From Eledone cirrhosa (lineage: Eukaryota), in assembly GCA_964016885.1 (NCBI GenBank), contig OZ024740.1, positions 404,860,001 through 404,924,000 of the forward strand: a DNA stretch of 64,000 nt. Direction: 5' to 3'. Position 1 is the first letter of the stretch, and each line of letters starts with the position of its first letter. The position numbers and the translations under genes are program-made. Below the pieces are notes generated by a model, which did no database searches, was not told the DNA's origin, and saw nothing but the letters and a program-made list of their open reading frames with translations. Of this stretch, positions 36,321-49,135 are shown piece by piece.

Positions 36321-36807
36321 CTATGATCTTGAAACCTGTTTTCACATCTCAGATTTTGTTGGATAAGGAAACCCCAAGTAACAAAGTTCATGCAATAAAT
36401 AAAATACTATATTGCTGATTATAATAAGATTTATTGAACTTTTTCAACTCGTGTGTGTGTTGGGGGTACACAACTTTTCTTCTCATTTTAGAAGAATAAG
36501 GCACACATATCCTTTAGAAACCTTTTGAATATTCAATAACTTTCTCCCATTTCCCAGTTGTTTGTCATTTTTTAGCTTCTACCCCCACCCATTCTTAAAA
36601 AAACATTTTTTACTACCAGAATTTAATTTATGCTCCATGACATTGTTTATATCCAGGACCGGATTAAGTCCTTTTGGGGTTCAAAGCACTTAAAAGATTA
36701 AGGTGCCTCCCATATATAAGGCCAGCATAAAAAAAAAAAAAAAAAAAAAAAATTTAATAAGAATAAAATGCCCCTCTTCTCTCGATGCCCTAAACATGTT
36801 TATAATA

Positions 36808-36926
36808 ATAATTGTTTTTACTTTTGGCACAAGGCCAGCAATTCACCAGTACATTACTGGTACTTTATTTTATCGACCCCGTAAGGATGAAAGGCAAAGT
36901 TAACCTCGGCGGGATTTGAACTCAGT
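36808..36926 (-). mobile_element. Family-1 SINE fragment
   Basis: Same core as the other copies. Confidence 0.8.
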
Positions 36927-37549
36927 CTGTTTATAATAATAATGAAATTATTATCCCTGTTTATATCCCGCTTCATTACCTATTTTTAAATCGATAAATG
37001 TTTCGTGATTCTTTTTCATTTGAATTATCTTTTATTTCTACACTTCCTAACGCAACACGGGTTTTCCTTACATCTTACAAGAGAACGTCAACATAGAAAC
37101 TGTCAACGATATTCACTTGATATAAACTCCTCTTTAAACGTATGTTAGTTTGTCACATCTTTGGTCAGTGTCCTTTCGTTACTAATATCCTTCGGGTCAA
37201 CAGCAATATTACAAGGAACCGTTTGTTTTTTTTTCTTTAAAGATATGTTGATTTTTGAACCTACATAAGAAATACGTTAACAAATCAAACGAAGACGTTT
37301 TTTTATGTCTTTTATTAGAATTCATATAAGATCTATTTTGACATATATGGAAGAATATTAAATCTCCCTTAATATTTATGTAGTACTTTAGTCTCTTGAC
37401 CCCTCTTCCCAAAGGATGAATAGCAAAGTTGACCACAGTAGAATTTGAACTCGGAAGGTTCAATTAAATTAAAGACGAATTAAATTCTACAGGCAGAATT
37501 TTGTCAGAAGCTTTAACTATTCTGCTAATCCATATTTAAAACAAAAAGA

Positions 37550-37735
37550 CCCCCCCCCCCCCCTACTCTCCCACTCCTCCCCCCTTACTCTCCCACTCCT
37601 CCCCCCTTACTCTCCCACTCCTCCCCCTTACTCTCCCACTCCTTCCCCCCTTACTCTCCCACTCCTTCCCCCTTACTCTCCCACTCCTCCCCCTTACTCT
37701 CCCACTCCTCCTCACTTCCACCTTCTCCCCCCCTC
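37550..37735. repeat. C-rich about 21-bp minisatellite (ccccttactctcccactcct)
   Basis: About 7 copies visible. Confidence 0.9.
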
Positions 37736-38889
37736 TCTCTGAGAGAGAAATGCCATAAAATGTTAATCAACAGAAAACATGTAAAATACAAACTATTCCG
37801 AACTTTTTCCCCAGAGGAATTCTTACATTTCTACCTAGTAGACTGGTTTCTGGCATCATTTACCAAAATATTTTATTTATTAATAATCCTATTTGAATTT
37901 TGATGAAATTAAATATTTTCCTTCATCAAAATATGAGGAATGCTATCAATTCCAATAATTTTAGATAGTAACAAGTTAAAACTGCAACAAAAAAAGCTCA
38001 TTTCATTAATTTTCAGTCTAATAGTGATGAATGGGAAGTCATTAAATCAATAGACACATGATTAGATGGATTTCTTCTGACTCTTTATATTTTGCATTAA
38101 AATCCTGTGAAAGTTAATTTTACCTTTCATCATTGGTTGATAATATAGTGCCAGTTGAGTACGGGGGTTGATATATTCAACTTTCCCCTTCTCCCACATT
38201 GTTGGCCTTGTAACCAATGCTATAAAAAATTATTTCTTCTAGCTTAACTTATTAGTATTTAAACTGGCTGTATCTGGCCAGAAGTCTCTTACCGCTTTCT
38301 GTTCAAACTGGCTGTAACCGGCCACTTATACTTATGTTAAGGTATTGTTCTCAAAATAAATATAAAAATCTCAGATTTGATATTATGTGAGATAAAGACT
38401 TTACCACGAAAATGTAATAGTAAATGGTAATGGGGTAAAGGTGGTGCATTAGCTGAGCCATTAAAATAATGGACAAATAGTTAGCAGTATTTGTTCTGGC
38501 TCTTTATGTTCTGAGTTCAAATCTTGCCATGGTCAACTTTTACTTTTTACTTTTCATCTTTCCAAGGTGGATAAAATAAGGCACCAGCCTAATACTGGAA
38601 TCAATTTAACCAACTTTCCCCTCCCCCAAATTGCTGGCCTCTAACCAATGTTAGAAACTATTTGTTCCAGTTTTCTGTGCTCTGAGATCAAATTTCACTC
38701 AAGTCAGTATTAACTTTCATCCTTTCAGTGGTTGAAAAATAAAGTACCGGTTCAGTTGCAGTGGATTAGTAGATTCATAGGAATATTGGATGAATGCAAA
38801 AGTCACTGCAATTCAGTAAAAAGCTAATAATAGAAACACTTGGACAGCTTTTATTTTATCTCCCACAACATTATTTTAATATGCTTGGA

Positions 38890-39070
38890 ATGGTAGTATC
38901 AGTAGAGGGCCGGATGCCATGCTCTGCAGCATAGTTATTGCCTTTTACGATCTGAGTTCAAATTCCGCTGAGGTTAACTTTACCTTGCATCCTTATGGAG
39001 ACGATAAAATAAAGTACCAGTAATGCACTGGGATAATTGCTGGCCTTGTGCCAAAAGTAGACACAATTAT
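38890..39070 (+). mobile_element. Family-1 SINE
   Basis: gagttcaaattcc B-box-like motif, core and 3' end ggccttgtgccaaaagtag. Confidence 0.8.
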
Positions 39071-40448
39071 TTTAATATGGTTTATGTATGTGCACATATT
39101 TCTCTGTTCTATTAATTTGAAATAATAAATATTGCTTCATTGGATGACATATGCAGTATTTGTTCTCGTATTTTGCATTCTGAATTCAAATCGCTCTATA
39201 ATAGACTTAATCCAATGTCCAGTTTAACACCATCAATTGGCCATTGATGGCTTTTAGCAGAGTCCACTCTGTTACAAGCATTTAGATCAGGTCTTGAGTT
39301 AGAGAATACCTGCATCCCACCAATCTTGGAAGTCCTGAAAAGAGTCTTGACTAAGTCTAGTCTGTAAGCCAGAAGGCTCATTAGGCCAGTGATTATCCCA
39401 GTTTCATGGTGTGAAGTGACTGGGAGTACAAGACTCCCCCTTGGACAGGATGCCAATCCATTACAGGGTTAAACCACCAGCTATTACTGGTACTCATTTT
39501 CAGCTGTGTATACTGGAGCAATGTGAAATGAAGCATTTTGCTCAAGAAAACACGCAATCCAGAAATTGAACCCATGACATTATGATCGTAAGTCCAACAC
39601 CTTTGCCATGTGCCCAGCCCCAATTGACTAACCAGTTAAAAAAAATTATGCAATTAATGTATCACATGCTCACGCTCCATGCATATTTCACATTCAATAT
39701 AAACACTCTAGAGATTTGAAGAAGACATTAACCTTTAAACATATTATGCCCTCCCCTCTCTTGACTGTCAACATACAATGTATATTGAGTAATGTTAAGC
39801 TTATGTCATGGAAAGTGTGCCAGAATTATCTCATTCATTTAACCAGTTCATATTCTCAGTTCTGTGGTTCAAGTTTTACTTAGTTCAGTTTGATTCCTCA
39901 TTTCTTTGTGTTGGATAAATTGAAATGAGTAGAACAACTAAAGAATAGTGAAAGATATTGGTATTTTTGATGTAGCAAGTTGTGGGTCTCGCAATTAGAA
40001 GCTTCATTATACTATTCTTAGAAGGAACGTGGCTTAGTGGTTAGAGAGTTAGATTCTATATCATGTGGTTGCAAGTTCAGTTCTCGAACTGTTTGATGCG
40101 TTGTCCTAAAGCAAGGCACTTTATTTCATGTTGCTCCTTTTGCCAGGTGTTGTGACTGCTAGATAGTATCAGTGATGGAAAGACCAATGGAAACATTGTT
40201 TCCTTGGTTCAATTTGAAGAGGTCCACTCCACTTGGCAAGCAAATGAGGTCTGAGATCTTGTCAATCGATCAGAGCTTAAAATGTTAGCAGAGGGAAGGA
40301 AGACTGGCTCTGAAACCCTACTGTAATAAGTTAATGAATAACATTTTGATAACCAGGATTATGTATGTTGGATGGAGGAGGAAGAGACCTACATTATACA
40401 TTGAAGAATACCAATAGCACTAAAACTAAATAATATTAGATGTATTGA

Positions 40449-40615
40449 CCAGTGGTTTTCAACATGTGGTCCACAGACCCCTGGGGGTTGACAAAGGTAG
40501 TACTGGAGGTCTGTTAGGTTGTTGAGTAGATGCACCTTTTGAAAACCTGCAGTCCATCAGAAAATTAATTTAAATAAACAAGATTCTTGGTAGTGAAGTG
40601 TTTGGGAACCATTTA
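40449..40615. mobile_element. hAT/Charlie-like MITE remnant
   Basis: cagtggttttcaac ... gtttgggaacca termini. Confidence 0.45.
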
Positions 40616-42513
40616 TATGCCTGGTAATGGAAAACGTTTTAACCTTTTTGATATAAAACTGCATGAAATTGCCCTCAATTATGATACAAAACTGTCCATT
40701 TTAAAATGGTTATCCTTATATTAAAACATTTCACAATTATTTAAAAAAATTTTAAAGTAATGTTCTAAATATCAGCTTGCTAATGAAAACCTTAGCTATT
40801 TCATAAAATTCTTGCAAAATTTTGGTTTATTTTCAAAATTAATTGTATTTCATTAGAAATATGATAATGAAAATATTAATAGTTTATCAATTGACAGTAG
40901 AATTTACAATTGTGATTTATTTCAGTGAGTGTTCTATTGAAACACCAGACTAAATGCTTCACAATATTGGATTAGCAGAATCGTTAGAATGCTCAACAAA
41001 AATAACTTGCAGTATTTAGTTATGTTGCTTTACATTCTTTGTTCAGTGTTGGGGTTGACTTTGCCTTTCACCTTTACAGGGGTTGAAGTACCAGTGAAAT
41101 ACTGGATTAATGGAATGAAATATAACCTAGTTCCTCTATCTCAAAAAAAACAAAAAAAAACATGGCTTTGTGCCTTTGGCAGTGATCAATGTTTTATCCC
41201 TCCATATTCTGCATTGAAACCAAGCAAAGTTTATAAAATGGGTACTAATATTGATTTAATAGACTATGGCTTCTTGAAAATTGTCTTGTGCATTGTCTAT
41301 TTTCTAAGCATGAATTGCTTCAAATGTTGGTTCCAGCTCAAAATCCTAAAATTAAATTCTTAAAATCTTTTAATTGATGTAATAGTGACATCACAACAGT
41401 TTTACACTCTACAGTAGAGGGAAGATATGTAAGACACAATTTTATGATCTAAACAGATGTTCTTTCATATTTGACTTTCTTCAAAAGAATATAGATATTT
41501 CTTTCATAGAATATTTATTTTAAATATGACTTGTATTAAATATTTTTTGGATAATTATTTCATTTAAAGAACATTTTATTAATGTTTCTGTATACCAAAT
41601 GATAACCCATGACTACAACTGCACCTCAACCATTTCTAAGACATGTGATTTGTTAGCTCAATGTCTTAATGTGGACAAGTACCATAGGTAGGCAGTTTGT
41701 CAATGTAAGGGGTAGGAGCACTGTATAAATTAGTATTATTTTTAGCTTGCAATGCTGAATTAAAGTTGTCCTTGGTACTCAATGAAGTCAATAGTTATTC
41801 CAATTCTTATTGTTAATCATTGTCCATGATCAGTTCTGTCAGCTTTGCCATTTAATAAGAGCTTTATGTATTTTATATGTTGGACAGCAGTGAATTAGAT
41901 TGGCAGAAGCAATACAGCAATGGATAACATGTCTTAGTTTTTATTCTGGTTCATTGTGCTGAGTTCAAACCCTGTCAAGGTCAACTTTGGTGTTTTATTA
42001 ACTCCAAAAAGATGAAAAGCAGTCTTGATCAGTGGGTTCATGTAATTATTAGTGCTAGTCTGTATCTCTTCCAGCTCATTGCATTCTGAGTTTAAATCCC
42101 ACCATTGCCTACTTGCCACAATGAAAGGATTGGAGTCTCACTATGTAGACATCCATAATTAATCATGGATAGCATTTGAACTATCCATGCTATTCAACAT
42201 GCCGGGAGCAGATAATTCTTGAGGGTGTTGTTAGAGAGCATGCAGCAGATTTATAATGTTCAAGTATCAATCATTGGCTTGATAACTTACTAGAATACCC
42301 ACCTTGCAAAGTTTGTAAAAGCCCAAGTCAGATGTAAAATAAAAGCCCCCAAAGATGGTAATAGACTTAGGCTAGATATAGAATGTAGACTTTATTTCGA
42401 ACTGCCCATTAAATATTTTAGTAAGCAGATCCAAATACATGATTTATGTATGGCGTCCAAACCCATGCAAGCGTGGAAGATGGACGTTAAACAATGATGA
42501 TGATGTTGTAGGC

Positions 42514-42556
<43 letters not shown>

Positions 42557-42574
42557 CTTGAAGCATTGTGGAAT

Positions 42575-42827
42575 AATAAAATTGGTCGTTTTGGAAGCCT
42601 CAGCAATGCAGATAGGTAAATCTCTGGGTAACAGAATCAGGTGATAATGAGAGAGATGTAAGAGGAAATGAACTATCTCATGTTATTATTTTTACACTCT
42701 TTCCTACGTTCCCCTACACAGTATACGTCTCCTTCTTCATTTCTACTTACATCTCTCTCATTATCACCCGATTCTGTTACCCAGAGATTTACCCATCTGC
42801 ATTGCTGAGGCTTCCAAAACGACCAAT

Positions 42828-42833
<6 letters not shown>
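42575..42833. repeat. Inverted repeat (about 97-bp arms, about 63-bp spacer) inside (TA)n
   Basis: aataaaattggtcgttttggaagcctcagcaatgcaga... is mirrored at 42736-42833. Confidence 0.9.
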
Positions 42834-42884
<51 letters not shown>

Positions 42885-43554
42885 TATATAAAATGTCTTA
42901 ATAGAAGAATAAAAGTATTAGAAATTAGTGAGTAGGCTCCTTTAAAAAAAAAAAGTATGCCCAAGTCAACTGGTTCATATCTCCCCTCTATGACTTCTGG
43001 TTTGGTTTACTTGACTATAAAAGTCACCATTTGGAGACTTTTTTGTGTACATTTACTTTTGATTTTACAAATAGCTTTTATTGCTATTTTTAAATGACTT
43101 GTAGACTAAAACTTGATCAGTATCACCCTAATCTTTATTTAATTTTCCATGCTAGCATGGGATGAGTAACATTTTGAGACATTTTTTGTTTTAATGGCCA
43201 GATGCCCTTCCTCATGTTAAGCAATACTCTGTAAGTATGGTATATACCACTTGTCATGAGGCTGCTATACTGTGGGGCATATTGGTTTACATGAGTATAA
43301 ATAAACTTTTACTTTAAATGTTGTCCACAAAAAGACCTCTTTCGCTCTCTCTTTCTGTCTGTCTGTCTGTCTGTCTGTCTCAGGATAGTAGACGTCTTTC
43401 ATATCGGCTCTTCGATTTGGAATTTTTACCTGAAATATTTGAGTGAATTATTTGAATTGTTTTGTATCATTGACTCTAACCCCTAGTCTGGGACTATAGA
43501 CGTAGGGTAAATATATTTTCACCCCTTTTGGGGTGAAAAATATTTAATTCAGAA

Positions 43555-44886
43555 ATGTTTATCGATATCGTTGATAACGATATCGTCGAAAACGATATCG
43601 CCATATTGGAAGCGAACGCCATGCCTACCAAAAAACAAGCGGGAAAGAGGGAACAACAGTTCAAACTGTTGAACAGCCCCTCCTCTCCAATGAAAAAAAA
43701 AAAGAATATTAATTCAAATGAAAAACTTAATTTTGAAGAAAAAAATAACACCACAAATAATGAAACCAACATTACAACAACAAACAAAGACAACAAAATT
43801 TCTTTTGCCCAAACACTCAGGAAAGCTACGGAATACAAGCCCATAGATATCACGAACGCTAAGCAAAATTTGCTAGAGGCTAGAAAATACGTATCTTTTG
43901 GGCAGGATGGTTCTTTTACGATCAACTTCCCAGAAGTGCGTCAACAGGTATATAAGAATACCGTAACCTACAGGACTATAACCAACGCAACAAGAAAGCC
44001 AGCTCAATTGACAGAAAGTCAAATTGAGCTGGTTCTGAAAGACATTAAAAAGGACATACTCTTTATTCAAAGAGGAAAACTGTATGCCAGCATTATGGTC
44101 CGAATGAAGGACGAAATGCTGGCCCAAAAATATTCGGTGGCACCTATAGTGTCACCACAATACACCTTCCCCACATATAAAGGAAGAAGAACACAAAGAA
44201 TAAGAATGTGGAGCCCTACGCCAGAAATTAACATCTGGTCCGTCCTAACAGGATTTACGGACCTAGAAAAGGACATACTTATTTCAGCAGGGGAGTCCAC
44301 CAGTGGACTGTTCGGGGGAAAAAGTCTGGAGGTTCTCTTACAGATGACACCTGAGAGAATCTCCGGAATACCCGACCGAGTCCTACTGGATGGGCGAACC
44401 TTCATAAATATCACAGTGGAAGGCAGGAGACCCTCATGTTACCACTGCGCTGGCAGAGGTCACCTGAGGACGGCCTGCCCTCTACTAACAACAAAAAAAA
44501 CACTGCTACAAACACAACAAAAACAACCAGCACCACCATCACAAAAACAACAAAATACACCACCACCACCACATCAACATCAACAACAGCTCAAGAAAAC
44601 AACCCAAAACACGGTCCCACCCAGCCCCACCCCACAGAACACAAATACAAAAACACATGCAGTTCATACACAACCCGGAGATATACCCCTCCCCTCCAAT
44701 ACGGAAGAGGAGCTCATATCGTCGAAAGACGAGGGGGCTCCCTTCCAAAAAGTGAAAAGAAAAAAACGTACACACACCACACAAACAAAAATAACCCCAC
44801 CTGACAACACAATAGACAATAAAACGCAAACTCACTCAACAACAACAAGCAAAAACAAACAACACAAAAACTCTACACATACATAA
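43555..44886 (+). CDS. LINE ORF1p (gag-like, CCHC zinc knuckle)
   Basis: 443-aa ORF containing CYHCAGRGHLRTAC and a Q/P/T/K low-complexity tail. Confidence 0.8.
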   Translation: MFIDIVDNDIVENDIAILEANAMPTKKQAGKREQQFKLLNSPSSPMKKKKNINSNEKLNFEEKNNTTNNETNITTTNKDNKISFAQTLRKATEYKPIDITNAKQNLLEARKYVSFGQDGSFTINFPEVRQQVYKNTVTYRTITNATRKPAQLTESQIELVLKDIKKDILFIQRGKLYASIMVRMKDEMLAQKYSVAPIVSPQYTFPTYKGRRTQRIRMWSPTPEINIWSVLTGFTDLEKDILISAGESTSGLFGGKSLEVLLQMTPERISGIPDRVLLDGRTFINITVEGRRPSCYHCAGRGHLRTACPLLTTKKTLLQTQQKQPAPPSQKQQNTPPPPHQHQQQLKKTTQNTVPPSPTPQNTNTKTHAVHTQPGDIPLPSNTEEELISSKDEGAPFQKVKRKKRTHTTQTKITPPDNTIDNKTQTHSTTTSKNKQHKNSTHT

Positions 44887-45263
44887 ACAAAAACAATAAA
44901 AACCTAACTGAAAAAATAGAAAACAACCCTTCGATACAAACCGAAGGGCCGAATTTCGTAACGGCAATGGGACTCCCTAACCTGAAAATGGTGAAAATCC
45001 CACTTGACATTTTCAAAACTTTGAAAGACATTTACCCTGAGGACGTGGGCCCACCCTGCACCAGGCCACTCAACCGCGTCCTCCTGAAAGGTTTTCCCCT
45101 CCCCTCCTCAAACACCCACACAACTCCAAAGATCCCAACCCCTCCACACACTAATACCCCCACACCACCACCCACCCATCAACCCCTCCACCAGCCCCAT
45201 GGAAACTGAGCGGCCTGAACCCCGGGACGCAGAGAGGTAAGTGCCTCTTTCTTTGCCACCAAC

Positions 45264-48200
45264 ATGGCTGTCTTAAGAGTAGGTTGTCTAAATGCGCGTG
45301 GCCTGGGCTCACCTTGGAAGCAAGCTAAACTTCTAAGTGACCTCAGGTCACAATGTATAAATGTGATGGTTATTTGCGAGGCCCGGATCAGCAGCATGCG
45401 ACAGCTAGCCCCCACCTTTGATGACTTTGAGATGCACGCATCTCTCTGTCAGCCCGGAGGTGGGGGTGGGGTTGTCGTTCTGCTGCAAAAACATCTGGGT
45501 CTCGCTACACAGACGGTACACTTGGACCCGGAGGGTCGACTCGTGGTTCTGGACCTTGGCAATGGTGAAGGCGAAGCTTTTAGGCTTGTCGCCGTATACG
45601 CCCCTTTTGGGGCAATGCGGTCGAACTTCTTCCATCGTCTGGAGACTTTTCTAGGGACGTCCCGCTCCTTGCTTTTAGTGGGGGACTGGAATGGTATCCT
45701 AGATGCACGTTGGGACTATGTAGGGGCATGTCCCGATAGAGGGGGGGGGGGGTGTAACAGCCTTAAGGGGTTAATCGGCCGATTTGACCTGGCCGATAGA
45801 TACCGACTAGATTTTCCGACTGTGCCAACCTGGACTTGGTCAAATAACAGTGGTCAATCTAGATCGTACCTAGATAGGTTCTTAGTTAGAATTAAGGATA
45901 GGGACTTTTTAAGTTGTCCAGAAATGCTCATGGTGGGCTATTCAGACCACAAGTTAGTGACCTGCGTAGTCCACCTTGATAGAACGCATAGGCAGGGGCC
46001 CGGTTACTGGAAGCTCAACTTGTCCTTACCGGCAAGTAGAGCTTACAGGGACCGGATTAGAACCTTAGTTAAGGAGCGGTTGACGGGCGCCATCGTCAAC
46101 AACAGGTGGTGGGGCTCTCTAAAAAGAGAGATTAGAGTAGTTTCAATAGGAGTTAGTAAGGAGTTAGCCTCAGATAGAAATAGGAAGGAAAGGGAGTTGG
46201 TAGTTAATGTTGAAGAGGCAATGAGAAGCGGCAACGTGGCCAGAGTGCAAGCGTCGAGAACGGTCTTGAACCAGTTCTTCGACGCGAAACACGAAGGCTG
46301 CGTTGTCCGAAGCAAAATACGTGCTCTGGGAAACGAGGGGACCAAAGCTGTTAGCTGGGCCCGCGTGACAGAAGCGAAAAGTGGGATTAAATCCACTATC
46401 CGGTCTTTGCGAGACCAGGATGGACGGGTGATCCTTGAACCTAAGTAAATGTGCGAGGCCTTTCAAAGGCACTTTGCCCAATTGTTCGGGAGGGGCGGGG
46501 GGCCGGTTGGAGATGTGGATTTCGGTCCATACCTCGACGGCCTGCCGCGTCTTTCGGACAAGGAGGCGAGGTCCTGCGATGGGCTGATCTCAGCTGCTGA
46601 AATAGGGGACGTGCTGAGCCTATGCGGCAAACGCAAATCTCCAGGGCTCGATGGTCTGCCCTACGAACTATATATTAATATGCCGGACTTGTTCCCCGAT
46701 CTCCTCGAAGCGGTCTACTGCAACTGGCAACAGAATGGGAGAATTCCCTGTTCTGTGACCAAGGGCGTAGTCTCGCTAGTGAGGAAGGACGAGAACAAGG
46801 GGGATGACATTAGTAATTTTAGGCCCATAACTCTGCTAAATGCAGAGTTAAAGATTTTGGCGAAGGTGTTAGCGAAGAGGTTGGCGTTTGTCGTGGGGGG
46901 GCCTGGTGGGAGATGCGCAGACATGCGCTATCCCGTCCAGGTCCATCCACGACAACCTCCACCTCATGCGATACATCATAGAGAGGGTTGGGAACGAACC
47001 CGGCTTTGGTGGGGCCCTGATAAATTTAGATCAGTCTAAAGCGTTCGATAGGGTGGACCATGGTTACCTGGATGCGGTGCTAGCGGCGGCTGGGTTCGGA
47101 CCCGTTTTCAGGGGCTGGATCACTGCGATGCACAGCAGCCGCATCTGCTCTAGAGTCAAGGTGAACGGCTACCTTTCGGAGCCATTCGAAATCACCCGCT
47201 CCATCCGACAGGGATGCCCTCTCTCCTCCCTTCTGTATGTATTGGCTCTCGAGCCACTACTGCGGAAGTTGGAGTTGTTGCAGGGCATCCCTTTGGAACC
47301 GGGATTGCGCAAAGCGGTGTCGGCCTATGCCGATGACGTAACAGTAATGGTGTCGACCACCTCGGTAATCGAGGCAATCGGCACCTTACTGGAGGAGTAC
47401 GAAAGGTTGACAGGGGCTAAGCTGAACCGGGACAAGTCAGTCGCTTTGCAACTCAGTGAGTGGAGGGGCAAAGTGATGTCATGCGACGGTATCGTCGGAC
47501 GGTGGACGGAGGGCCCGGTGAAGTTGCTTGGGGTCTGGTTCGGACCGGACCTCCAGGTGGAGAAAAACTGGGGTGAGGTGACGAATAGGGTGTTTGCACT
47601 GACCCAGAAGTGGGCCGAGTGCAAACTATCCCTGAAAGGTCGGGCGGAGGTGGCGAACGCTTACATAGCATCCGTCATCTATTACCGCTTGACTGTCGTG
47701 CCTTGCCCGGGTGAGATCCTCGCCAAAATGGAGCGCGCCCTCTTTTATTTCCTTTGGAAGAAGAGGTCTCCTCTGGTGAGGAGATCCATCTGCTGTCAAC
47801 ACCCTTTGAAAGGAGGGCTGGGGATGCCGTGGCTAAAAATGCGTAAACACGCATTGAGGCTAAGGCACCTCCAGGTATTCCTCACCGGTCAACCGGTGTG
47901 GGCCCCGTTTGTGAGGCGAGCATTCCCGAGGCTCATCTCGCTCACCGAGCTGCAGTCCTGGGTGAAGCAAAGACCGAGAAAACTGGGCGACTGGCACACC
48001 GAGTGTGCCCAGGCGCTCACAGCTCTCTGGCAGGCGGACCCGGATATCGACGGAGACTCCACCTCGTCATTCTATAGAGGGCTGGTGGTTAGCGGGTGCG
48101 ACGATGCCCTCGGAGAAGCCCTAGGCATGGAGGAGGACGAACTGGCCAGTCTATTCGGTAGGACTTTCGGCCCGGGACCTATGGACAACTTCCAGAAGTC

Positions 48201-48710
48201 CTTGGCCTGGCAGTGCTACCGAGGGGCTCTGCCCGTTCGGGATAAGCTCTACAGACACGGGCGCCCGGGTAGGGACCCCTCGAAAAAGATCTGTCCCAGA
48301 TGCGTGCGCGACGAGGAAACCGTCGCGCACGCATTGGTGCACTGCCCGGGCGTTGCCGATCTGTGGGGCTATGTCGAACAACTGCTGTCACGGGTGGGAC
48401 CAATTAGGTTGACCACCGAGTCCATTGTAACGATCAAGCCGCCTCCCCCCTTCAAAAATGAAGGAGAGGCGGTCTTCCTCTGTGTAATAGCCATGGTAAA
48501 AGAGGCTATATGGTGGACGCGTTTGAAAGGGCTGAGGTCGGACACCTTTCTCTCCGGCCAACAACTGGTCCTTTTCTTCCGATACCATTTCGGAAGAAGG
48601 ATCAGGATGGAGAGAGAGAGGTGCTCCACTCGAGCCAGTTTTATGAAAGGTGGGTGAAAGTTGCGAGAATGGCCTGTGTGAATGGGCCTTCTCTCTACCT
48701 CAGCCTGTAG
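45264..48710 (+). pseudogene. LINE ORF2p (APE endonuclease, RT, C-terminal zinc finger), disrupted
   Basis: APE motifs LNARGL, VYAP, GDWN, YLDRFL and SDH; RT motifs KSPGLDG, FRPITLLN, QSKAFDRV, RQGCPLS and YADD; zinc finger CPRC..ETVAHALVHC. In-frame TAA at 46446 and frameshifts near 46898 (G run) and 48615 (GA run). Confidence 0.92.
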
Positions 48711-48957
48711 GTGGAACAGGAAGAAGGGAGCACCCTCTCTTTGTGCTCCCGTGGAGAAGGGTCGCACACTTTTTTTCGGGGGTGTGTGTGACCCCAAAAC
48801 GATCCCTCCCTATTGAGGACCTTCTTGTTACTATTTTGTTTGTTATATTTTTCTTACTCGATTTTTATGTAAACTCCCCCCACCCATGTACATGTCCCTT
48901 TCTTTTGTGCCCTAGTGGCAAATAAACAGAAATTTGTCTCTCTCTCTCTCTCTCTCG

Positions 48958-49003
<46 letters not shown>

Positions 49004-49135
49004 GTGGGCAGTGGAACAGAGTGGTATCTCATCATAATACAATCTAAACTACATTTCATTCAGTGAATGTAAATATATTTCATTTCTAAAGACAAACCTT
49101 TAATGTATAGCTAAAAGGAATTTGTTATTGAAGTA

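Larger units (their letters stand above)
43381..48936 (+). mobile_element. Near-full-length Tx1-clade (L1 group) LINE inserted in a (TC)n tract
   Basis: ORF1 plus ORF2 architecture, AATAAA at 48921, (TC)n at 48937-49001 and TC/TCTG repeats at 43337-43380. Confidence 0.9.
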
